Below are positions 16,944-24,291 of a stretch of DNA of 48,451 nucleotides, in pieces. Under the pieces are notes generated by a model. The model saw only the letters and a list, made by a program, of their open reading frames with translations, did not search any database and was not told the DNA's origin. Each line of letters begins with the position of its first letter. The stretch's first letter is position 1. This DNA is from Verrucomicrobiia bacterium (lineage in GTDB: Bacteria > Verrucomicrobiota > Verrucomicrobiia > Limisphaerales > JADJPG01): positions 1 to 48,451 of the forward strand of contig DASTLJ010000153.1 of the NCBI GenBank assembly GCA_035715125.1, in the 5' to 3' direction. The translations under genes were made by a program, and so were the position numbers.

Positions 16944-17766
16944 GAGGTTCTAGGGCGACCGCGAGCGGCAATTGCAGCGTGAACACGGCTCCGCCTTCGG
17001 GCGCATTAGCGGCTTGGATCATGCCGCCATGAGCCACAACGATCTGTTGAACAATCCACAAGCCCAGGCCGCTGCCATCGGATTTCGTGGTAAAGAAAGG
17101 CTCGAAAATCGCCCCTTCACGCTCCACGGGCAGGCCCGGCCCCGTGTCGCACACCGCAATGGACAGGATACCGTTCCTGGGGTCGGCCGCGGCGCTTGCG
17201 ATGACGCTCCCTTTTTTTTCAACGGCCTGAATCGCGTTGATGACCAGGTTCACCAGCGCCTGCGTGAGCTGGCCGGGATCGGCCAGGACCGACGGCAAAT
17301 CGGGCGGCACGTCCGCCACAATTTCAATCTCCCGACAAGCCGCTTCGGGCCGCAAAAGCTCGCACACGTGGCCGACGAGCCGGCCGACCTCGACCGGCTG
17401 GAGGTCGAGGGACGACGGCCCGGCCAGGTTGAGAAACTGTTTGACGAGGTTTTCGAGCCGGTGCAATTCGCCCCGCATGATTTCCAGCCGCCCCATCGTC
17501 TTGTCGCGCAGTTCCGGCGCGGCCCTTGCCAGGTCTTCTTCCAGCAATTGCACGTGGATGTCCAGCGAGCTGAGCGGATTGCGGATCTCATGGGCCAGTC
17601 GCGCCAGGAGCCGCGACAACAGAAGCTGTTTTTCCTGGGCGGCCAGCTTGCCCACATCCTGCCCGAGCGCCCTGGCCAAAATGCGTTCCATATCTCGAAG
17701 GAAGTCTATTGAGGAGTTGGACTGGGAGAAACCAGAATATTGTCCGCTCACACCAGCCGGGCGCAT
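16936..17766 (-). CDS. Histidine kinase without recognisable sensor or TM domain
   Basis: H-box LARLAHEIRNPLSSL, N-box LVNLVINAIQA, G-boxes DTGPGL and GSGLGL. It overlaps the regulator gene by 8 nt. Confidence 0.85.
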   Translation of the reverse strand: MRPAGVSGQYSGFSQSNSSIDFLRDMERILARALGQDVGKLAAQEKQLLLSRLLARLAHEIRNPLSSLDIHVQLLEEDLARAAPELRDKTMGRLEIMRGELHRLENLVKQFLNLAGPSSLDLQPVEVGRLVGHVCELLRPEAACREIEIVADVPPDLPSVLADPGQLTQALVNLVINAIQAVEKKGSVIASAAADPRNGILSIAVCDTGPGLPVEREGAIFEPFFTTKSDGSGLGLWIVQQIVVAHGGMIQAANAPEGGAVFTLQLPLAVALEPHG

Positions 17767-17774
17767 TCTGTTGC

Positions 17775-17852
17775 CGTGATGCGTGATACGTGGTGCGTGA
17801 AACGACTGGAATTACGCTTTCCTTTCACGCATCACGCACCACGCATCACGCT
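17775..17852. repeat. Heptamer-built hairpin (CACGCAT-type)
   Basis: CGTGATGCGTGATACGTGGTGCGTGAAA - loop - TTTCACGCATCACGCACCACGCATCACG. It lies between the MOSC gene stop (17846) and the kinase start (17766). Confidence 0.75.
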
Positions 17853-18484
17853 TCACTCCTCGCTTCCCCCCTCGCCAGCACCTGAATCGGCGCTCCCACC
17901 GCCGCCTCGCCCGACTCAACCACCTTCCAATAAATGCCCCGCAGATTTTGCTCCCGCGTCGGCTGCGCGTTGACGAAGTGAAGCGCGTCTGAACCGAACC
18001 GTTCCTTGAACTTTGCGCAGCCGTTGTGCGCCAGGGGTGTCACCTCGACGATGGCTCCGCCCACCCGCAGGCGCGAACCGACCGGGAGATTGGCGACCGA
18101 GATGTCGAGGTCGACGAAAAGATTGTCCCCGAAGACGGTGAGCGGTTGGCCATTGGCGATCAGTTCGGCCACGTCGCGGCGCATGACGGCGAGCTGGGCT
18201 TCAAGCTTGCGCGGCGTGCGCCGGCCCCAACTATCGCCGGGCACTCCGTCTTCCGCCGTCAAGTGCACGCGTTCGGGCGTCTCCCGAAGGCCCTCGCCGC
18301 TGCGGCACACGATGAGGGCTAGGCGTCCCAAATCTTTGGGCGCGCCAGGCAGCTCGCGCAGGCGCGCCTCCAACTCCGCAAGCGGGCGATGACAGGAGGA
18401 GTCACCGTGCGGTTCGTCAGTCTTCGTTTGTAGTTCAGCCATAGTAAGTGCGCTGTCTGACGGAAACGCGGGCGTCGGCATCAT
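17846..18484 (-). CDS. MOSC domain-containing protein
   Basis: Contains LLIANGQPLTVFGDNLFVDLDIS..LPVGSRLRVGGAIVEVT..HNGCAKF...LRGIYWKVVESGEAAVGAPI. ATG 18442 is an alternative start. Confidence 0.75.
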   Translation of the reverse strand: MMPTPAFPSDSALTMAELQTKTDEPHGDSSCHRPLAELEARLRELPGAPKDLGRLALIVCRSGEGLRETPERVHLTAEDGVPGDSWGRRTPRKLEAQLAVMRRDVAELIANGQPLTVFGDNLFVDLDISVANLPVGSRLRVGGAIVEVTPLAHNGCAKFKERFGSDALHFVNAQPTREQNLRGIYWKVVESGEAAVGAPIQVLARGEARSEA

Positions 18485-18894
18485 CTTTGATCCTTCGTCA
18501 GCAGTCCCACGCTCTCAAACGTGCCGAACATCTCAGCCATCGAAATCGAATACAAGGCAGAGTTGTCCACCAGGTCAATCCGGTTAAGCCGATGACCTGG
18601 CATCAACTTGAAACGGTGTGTCATCCCATCTTCAAAATGAACCGTCAGTCTCCCAAGCGATGGACAAGCGTGTACCGGCCCTCCGCCTCGTGCCTTCCGC
18701 ATCGTGTGTAGAACCTGTGTGCAGAGATTGGGCGCAGAAATCTCTCGCCGCGTGGCCAGCGATAGCTCGATGGATGCAACAGGCGCGTCTCTCAGCGTCA
18801 GCTTACGACCGAACTTCGGAGTGCCAGTAAAAAAATAGGCCCATCCGCCTGCGGCAACCAGTAACGTTGCCAAAATCTTCCATGCCTTTCGCAC
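18481..18894 (-). CDS. Hypothetical N-terminally anchored protein
   Basis: 137 aa with one N-terminal hydrophobic segment (WKILATLLVAAGGWAYFF). It has an ATGA overlap with the downstream MOSC ORF. Confidence 0.5.
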   Translation of the reverse strand: MRKAWKILATLLVAAGGWAYFFTGTPKFGRKLTLRDAPVASIELSLATRREISAPNLCTQVLHTMRKARGGGPVHACPSLGRLTVHFEDGMTHRFKLMPGHRLNRIDLVDNSALYSISMAEMFGTFESVGLLTKDQR

Positions 18895-18947
18895 GCAAGT
18901 GGAGGCCTAACAGATACACGGAAAGGTCTTCAAGACTCAAAAGCTGT

Positions 18948-19694
18948 TTACCGGCAATAGCACGGTTCCGTGCGGACGCGGAAATAACGCATCGGGGCCG
19001 CGCCGAGGGAGTTGGTCACCACGACGTCGATGGGCCCAAGTTTGGCGACATAACTGGAATTTGTCTGCCAGTTTGGTGTCGTCAGGGAATCGGAATACTC
19101 GACCGTGTAAACGTAGAGCTGCTGGCCCGTGAAGTGAAAGCGCATCGAGCCGACGACCCGCTCGATGCGGTCAATCACGACCGGGTTAAGGACGAGGGCG
19201 GCGACCACGTTCGTGTGCATGAACTGGTTGGGAACGTCCGCGCCAGACACCAGTGCGGTCGCGACGCCATTGATGCTCAAGGCTCCCGCCTGATCCCGGA
19301 CGGTGTAGTTCCACTCGGCCAGCCCGGGCGACGGCGCGGGAGATCCCTCGCCAAACTGGATGTAATTGGAAAAGACAATCCCGTTGTTGAAGCTGAATGC
19401 GAAGGTCTCTTCGGGAAACCACGGGTAACTGGTGAAAACCGTCCGCAGGTCCGGACTGAGAAACGTCAGCCGGGCGGTGTGGCCGCCGGGATCCACGATC
19501 AATCCGACGAATCCCAGTCTCTCGTCGGGCAGTTCATAGCTGAAGGTATTCGCGGCGATCCCGCAACATTCCGAGTAAAGGCCCGAAGTGATTTCGTAGT
19601 ACCCGCTCTTGAACGTGCTCTGCGCCTGCGCCGGCCGAAGCCCCAGAGTGAGGGCCGAGAGCGTCGCCAACCCAATCAATGTTCGTTCCAACAT
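18948..19694 (-). CDS. Secreted hypothetical protein with C-terminal ..RYFRV module
   Basis: ORF 18948..19883 trimmed to ATG 19694 (MLERTLIGLATLSALTLGLRPAQAQ, a signal peptide). The C-terminus is MRFHFTGQQLYVYTVEYSDSLTTPNWQT...PMRYFRVRT. Confidence 0.65.
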   Translation of the reverse strand: MLERTLIGLATLSALTLGLRPAQAQSTFKSGYYEITSGLYSECCGIAANTFSYELPDERLGFVGLIVDPGGHTARLTFLSPDLRTVFTSYPWFPEETFAFSFNNGIVFSNYIQFGEGSPAPSPGLAEWNYTVRDQAGALSINGVATALVSGADVPNQFMHTNVVAALVLNPVVIDRIERVVGSMRFHFTGQQLYVYTVEYSDSLTTPNWQTNSSYVAKLGPIDVVVTNSLGAAPMRYFRVRTEPCYCR

Positions 19695-19934
19695 AGCTGC
19701 CTCCGATGCATGGATGCCGCCTGGGGCGGCACCCAGGATTATTGTTGAAATACGCCTGTAAAGTTGAACGCCTCGCCGCGAATTGCAAGTCCGAAGGCCG
19801 ATAAATTTGGGAGCAGGGCGCATGATAAGAATCTTCGGACAATGCGTTTTGCTCGGATTTTGCATCAGGCAGTATCTAGCCAACGCATATACGTGTCCTT
19901 CGGCCCAATTTCGCGCAGTCGGTCAAGGATGGCG

Positions 19935-20034
19935 CCTTCTTCGTTTCCTTCGTTTGCTTCTGTTGGATTCGGCACCCCGCCCCGCCAGTGTGGAATTATG
20001 CACAGAAGGAAACGAAGCTAACGAAGCATCGAAG
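19935..20034. repeat. Heptamer-built hairpin (TTCGTTT-type)
   Basis: CTTCTTCGTTTCCTTCGTTTGCTTCTG - ~40 nt - CAGAAGGAAACGAAGCTAACGAAGCATCGAAG, in an intergenic region. Confidence 0.7.
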
Positions 20035-20232
20035 CCGGAGCCGCTCCTGAAAACCGGTCCACTGGCAGGTCTGAAGAATTCTGTCATGCGCCCTTGGGAG
20101 CATGCGCCCCGGCGCGTCTGAACCTTCGAGACGCGGATTGACTCGAGGCCGTCTTGAACCAAGTGATCCCTTTATGTCGTCTGATTGATCTGGCACATTG
20201 ACCCCTTAACAACTTAACCCTTCAATCTCCCG

Positions 20233-20673
20233 ATGAAACTCTCCGGTGCTTACACCCTCGCCGCGCCGCGCGACAAAGTCTTCGCCGCCATCACCGACCC
20301 CGCCGTGCTCCAACGGGTGATCGACGGCTGCGAAAAGATGGTGAAAACCGGCGAGGATTCCTACGACGCTCACCTCAAGATCGGCGTGGCCGGGCTCAAG
20401 GGCAGCTACGTCGGCAAAGTGCAGCTCAAGGATCTCAAGCCGCCGGAGTCCTACACGCTGGTCATCGAAGGCAAGGGCGGGCCGGGCTTCGTGAAGGGCT
20501 TGGCAATGATTCAACTCGCCGACAAAGCCGGCTCGACGGAGATCAAGTGCGACGCCGAGGCGCAAGTGGGCGGGATGATCGCCGCGCTCGGCTCGCGTCT
20601 CATCGAGCCGGCGGCCAAAAAGATGATGGACGATTTTTTTCGGAAGTTCGGCGAGGTGCTCGGGGCGAAGTAA
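20233..20673 (+). CDS. coxG: SRPBCC family protein, CoxG-like
   Basis: 146 aa. Starts MKLSGAYTLAAPRDKVFAAITDPAVLQRVIDGCE and contains KIGVAGLKGSYVGKVQL and AEAQVGGMIAALGSRLIEPAAKKMMDDFF. Confidence 0.85.
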   Translation: MKLSGAYTLAAPRDKVFAAITDPAVLQRVIDGCEKMVKTGEDSYDAHLKIGVAGLKGSYVGKVQLKDLKPPESYTLVIEGKGGPGFVKGLAMIQLADKAGSTEIKCDAEAQVGGMIAALGSRLIEPAAKKMMDDFFRKFGEVLGAK

Positions 20674-20674
20674 G

Positions 20675-20756
20675 GCTGGGAGCGCCGGCTTCCAGCCGGC
20701 GAGTCGCGCCCTCCGGCTTGATTGAAACTCGCCGGCAGGATGCCGGCGCTCCCAGC
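20675..20756. repeat. REP-like palindrome, 'GGGAGCGCCGGCATCCTGCCGGCGAGT' family (copy 1); probable bidirectional terminator
   Basis: Two 30-nt arms, GCTGGGAGCGCCGGCTTCCAGCCGGCGAGT and ACTCGCCGGCAGGATGCCGGCGCTCCCAGC. The element fills the gap between the convergent stops at 20673 and 20761. Confidence 0.85.
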
Positions 20757-20760
20757 CCGC

Positions 20761-21576
20761 CTACACCCGCCCGCGTTGCCGCGCGGCTTCGTAAAGGAAC
20801 ACCGCGGCGGCATTGCCGACGTTGAGCGAATCCACCGCGTTCGCCATCGGGATGGAGACGGCTTCATTGCAGGCACCGAGGATGGTCGGCGTCAGGCCGT
20901 GGCCTTCGCTGCCGAGCACGATGCAAGTGTCGCCGCGCAGGTCGGCCTTCGCGAGCGTTGGGCCTTTGGCCGGGCCATGGGCGGCGACGCACTTCACGCC
21001 GAGGCCGCGCAGTTCGTGCAGCGAGGCGAAGAGGCTTGGGGACTCGACGACGGGCAGCTTGAAGATCGCGCCCATCGAGTTGCGAACGCTGCGGCGCATG
21101 AAAGGCGACGAGCAGGTCTCCCCGGCGATGAGCGCGTGGACGCCGAAGGCGGCGCAGTTGCGGATGATGACGCCGAGGTTTTCCGCGTTGGCGAGCGATT
21201 CGAGGGCGACAACGAGCCACGGCCGCGGACTGCCTTCAAGAATCCTCGGCAGCGGGCGTGGCGGCGGGAACCGGCCGACGGCCATCACGCCCTGGAACAT
21301 GGAGAAACCGACGAGCTTCTCCAGTTCGGGCTTCGGCACGAGGTAGACGGGGATGTTCTCCGGGCGCGCCTTGAGCCGCGATTCGAATTCGGGCCACCAA
21401 TTCCCGGGCATCACCGCGGAGACGATCTCGAAGTCGCTCTCCAGGAGCCGCTCGACCAGCTTGACGCCCTCGGCGATGAAGATGCGGCGGGCGACGTGGT
21501 CAACGGGCCGGCGCATCGTGCGGTAGGGCGCCAGCTCGGGCAGATCGAGCGAGACGGCGTGATGGACGTGGAACAT
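20761..21576 (-). CDS. TrmH/SpoU family RNA 2'-O-methyltransferase
   Basis: Contains ENLGVIIRNCAAFGV, IVLGSEGHGLT and SIPMANAVDSLNVGNAAAVFLYE. The start is set at ATG 21576 (MFHVHH) to avoid overlapping the upstream gene. Confidence 0.85.
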   Translation of the reverse strand: MFHVHHAVSLDLPELAPYRTMRRPVDHVARRIFIAEGVKLVERLLESDFEIVSAVMPGNWWPEFESRLKARPENIPVYLVPKPELEKLVGFSMFQGVMAVGRFPPPRPLPRILEGSPRPWLVVALESLANAENLGVIIRNCAAFGVHALIAGETCSSPFMRRSVRNSMGAIFKLPVVESPSLFASLHELRGLGVKCVAAHGPAKGPTLAKADLRGDTCIVLGSEGHGLTPTILGACNEAVSIPMANAVDSLNVGNAAAVFLYEAARQRGRV

Positions 21577-21583
21577 CCCTGCC

Positions 21584-23953
21584 TCACCTCCGGAGCACAA
21601 ACTCTTTCGCGTTCAGCAGCGCCCACAGGATGTCTTCGAGCGCGGCGCGTTTGTCCCCGGCGGCCAGCAAGGCGCTGAACCGTTCCAACTCGGCCTTCTC
21701 CGGCGCGCGGGTCAGCACGGTCCAGAACAATTCTTCGAGCATCTCGCGGTCGGATTTCCCGGAGCCGAGCAACGCGCCGAGCCGGTTGTCCGGCTCGCCG
21801 AGGAATTCCTGCGTGGTCGGGCCGCTGATGAGTTGGAAGGCCTGGCCCATCGCCGGTTCGCACGATCGCTCGCACTCGGTGGTGAGCTGGCGCGGCGGCT
21901 TGCCGAACGCGCGGAGGAACAAATCCGCCTGCCCCGGCCGGCGCTTGTTGCCCGCGGCCTCGACGCGCACAGTGGGCACCTGGGCGGCGCGGGTGCCCAC
22001 GGGCCAGCCTTTGAATTCCAACGGCACGCCGCTCGCCTGGCTCTCGCAATCCAGCAATTGCTCAGCGCCGAGACGCCGGACGCGCACGTGCGAATAATTC
22101 ACGGCGTCTTCCTCGCTTCCGGGCGCGGGCGTGGAGGAAAGCTGATAGGTCCGCGAATTCATCACGAGCCGGATGACATGGCGCAGGTCGAACTTGTGTT
22201 TCACAAAATCGGCCGTGAGCGCGTCGAGCAATTGGGGATGCGACGCGGGATTGGTCGCGCGAAAATCATCGACCGGATCCACCAGCCCGCGGCCCATGAG
22301 GTGAAACCAGATGCGGTTGACCTGCGCGCGGGCGAAGCGCGGATTTTGCGGACTCGTCAGCCACGAACTGAGGCGCTGCAATTCGTCCGCCTCGACGATT
22401 GGCTCTCGCTCGCCACGGGCCGCCAACGTAAGGTAGGCGTCTCGCCTGCCCAGCGCCGAAGGCGCGTCCCCTTTAGGCCGCTGCGCGGCCAGGGCAGGCG
22501 AGACGCCTGCCCTACCCTGGCGCGGCGCCGCCACCGCATCCTTTTCGCCCAGGAAGCGCGGCGTGGCGGGCTTGCCGAGGCGCGGGTTGGTGTGGCTGAG
22601 CTGGTTGGTGAGGAAAACGATTTGTTCACCGATGAACTCGTGGCTGTCGTTGTTGTCCCGCCGCCGGTTTTCCAGGACCTTGTAGCTCACGCGCGCGAAA
22701 ACGCCCGTCCAGTCGTGATAATCGTCCTGCGTCCAGCGTTCGTAGGGGTGGTTGTGGCATTGCGCGCACTGGAGTCGAGTGCCGAGAAAGACCTGCGCCG
22801 CCGACTCGGCCCGTTCGACGGGTGTGCGGAGAGCGCGGTAGAAGTTCGCGGCCGGCTCGGTGTACGTGCTCCCGCGCGCGGCGATAAGTTCGCGGGCAAA
22901 CTGGTCCAGCGGCTTGTTCGTGGCGATACCCGCGCGAATCCACTGGTGAAAAGCCCGAATGCCCTTGGCGTCGAGCGCCCGCTCGTCGGCGCGCAACAGG
23001 TCCATCCACTTGAGCGCCCAAAACTCGGCGAACTCGGGCCTCTCCAGCAGCGTGTCGACGAGCCGGGCGCGCTTATCGCCGCGCCGGTCGGCGACGAAGC
23101 CGCGCGCCTCGTCCGCCGTCGGCAGCAGGCCGAGCAAATCCAGGAACGCCCGGCGGCAGAACACTTCATCGGCGCACAGAGGCGAAGCGTTCAGGCGCAG
23201 TGTGCGAAGTTTTGCGAAGACGTGCCGGTCGATGAAATTGTTCTCTGCGGGGCGGGCGCCGCGATTGAAGTACGGTGTCTCCGGCACGAACGCCAGGCTC
23301 ACCGGCGCCTGCCGGTCCAGGTAACGCACGAGCACCGTCGTCTCGCCGGGCCCCTTGCGAGTGACCAGCCCCCCGCGCGACACGTCCACGAGCGTGTTGA
23401 CGGCTTCGTAGCAAGCGAGCGCGGTCACGTCGCGCTTCGAGCCGTCCTGGAACCGCGCGATGACCTTGAGCTGCACGCGATCCTTCGGCGCGTAAAGCAC
23501 CTCGGTGGCGGGTGACACGTCGAGCCGCGTGGGTCTTGCGGCGCGCTCCCGGTCGTCGGGCGCGCGGTCGGCAATCCAGCGGCGAAGCATTTCGTACTCG
23601 GTCGAATCGCGCTCCAGTCGAAGCTGGCCTTCGTGCGGCACGGTGGTGGTGGGCTTGAGTAGCAGCAGGCTCTCCTCCGGATTGATGATGTTCACCCGAC
23701 GGCCGCCGACGGCGTGGACCAGCGCGGCGTAGTCCGCCTCCGGATCCTCGCCGCGCAGGGAAAGTTTGAAGCCGCCTTTGCCGTTCCGATTGCCGTGGCA
23801 GGGGCCGGTGTTGCAGCCAGCCTTGGAGAGCACGGCCATGACCTCATTGCGGAACGAGACCGGCGCGGCGACCGCAGCGCTTGCCTGAAAACACGTCGAA
23901 CCGGCAAGCAGAAGCCCAGCCGGAACGAGCGCGTTGAGGCCGCGGGAGGTCAT
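21584..23953 (-). CDS. DUF1549/DUF1553 (PSD1-type) protein with Big_2-like domain
   Basis: Signal peptide MTSRGLNALVPAGLLLAGSTCFQASA (ATG 23953, alternative 23968). Contains CNTGPCHGNRNGKGGFKLSLRG, LQCAQCHNHPYERWTQDDY and VNRIWFHLMGRGLVDPVDDFRATNPASHPQLLDAL. Confidence 0.9.
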   Translation of the reverse strand: MTSRGLNALVPAGLLLAGSTCFQASAAVAAPVSFRNEVMAVLSKAGCNTGPCHGNRNGKGGFKLSLRGEDPEADYAALVHAVGGRRVNIINPEESLLLLKPTTTVPHEGQLRLERDSTEYEMLRRWIADRAPDDRERAARPTRLDVSPATEVLYAPKDRVQLKVIARFQDGSKRDVTALACYEAVNTLVDVSRGGLVTRKGPGETTVLVRYLDRQAPVSLAFVPETPYFNRGARPAENNFIDRHVFAKLRTLRLNASPLCADEVFCRRAFLDLLGLLPTADEARGFVADRRGDKRARLVDTLLERPEFAEFWALKWMDLLRADERALDAKGIRAFHQWIRAGIATNKPLDQFARELIAARGSTYTEPAANFYRALRTPVERAESAAQVFLGTRLQCAQCHNHPYERWTQDDYHDWTGVFARVSYKVLENRRRDNNDSHEFIGEQIVFLTNQLSHTNPRLGKPATPRFLGEKDAVAAPRQGRAGVSPALAAQRPKGDAPSALGRRDAYLTLAARGEREPIVEADELQRLSSWLTSPQNPRFARAQVNRIWFHLMGRGLVDPVDDFRATNPASHPQLLDALTADFVKHKFDLRHVIRLVMNSRTYQLSSTPAPGSEEDAVNYSHVRVRRLGAEQLLDCESQASGVPLEFKGWPVGTRAAQVPTVRVEAAGNKRRPGQADLFLRAFGKPPRQLTTECERSCEPAMGQAFQLISGPTTQEFLGEPDNRLGALLGSGKSDREMLEELFWTVLTRAPEKAELERFSALLAAGDKRAALEDILWALLNAKEFVLRR
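22419..22516. repeat. REP-like palindrome, 'GGCAGGCGTCTCGCCTGCCC' family (copy 1), inside a CDS
   Basis: CCGCCAACGTAAGGTAGGCGTCTCGCCTGCCCAGCGCCGAAGGCGCG...GGGCAGGCGAGACGCCTGCCCTACC. It is about 90% identical to 34398-34493. Confidence 0.85.
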
Positions 23954-24062
23954 TGCCAGATGCTGCATCGCTGGACGCCGCGCCGCGAGGATTTCTTCAC
24001 GAGCTGAAGTCCTCCCGAGAACATTCTTGCCTGAGACGCACCGATCCGGAGAGCATGACGCC

Positions 24063-24284
24063 ATGAAATTCCTCCTCGGCATGGCGGCGTGCGGATTGCT
24101 GTCTTTGCTGGCAAGCGGCTGCGCGACGGTCGGCCCCGAGCAGCAGCGGCTGGTCTCCAAGCCGAACATGCAGTTCTCACAGGGCGCCGTATTCAGCTAC
24201 TCGTCAAAGCTCATGCCGCAAGTGCAGCCGGGATTGGCGACGACCGGTGGAGCGCAGCCCAGCACATGCACTCTTTGCCGATGA
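24063..24284 (+). CDS. DUF4266-like lipoprotein ending in CxxC
   Basis: Internal ATG of ORF 23934..24284. The product is MKFLLGMAACGLLSLLASGCATVGPEQQRLVSKPNMQF...GGAQPSTCTLCR. It has a lipobox (LASGC) and the GCATV-P-E..L...MQF pattern of DUF4266. Confidence 0.7.
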   Translation: MKFLLGMAACGLLSLLASGCATVGPEQQRLVSKPNMQFSQGAVFSYSSKLMPQVQPGLATTGGAQPSTCTLCR

Positions 24285-24291
24285 CGGGCGC

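Noticed and set aside
20191-20206. Perfect TGGCAC upstream of the coxG-like gene (TGGCACATTGACCCCT)
   Set aside because: There is no TTGC/GC element at the -12 position (CCCC instead), so it does not qualify as a sigma-54 promoter.
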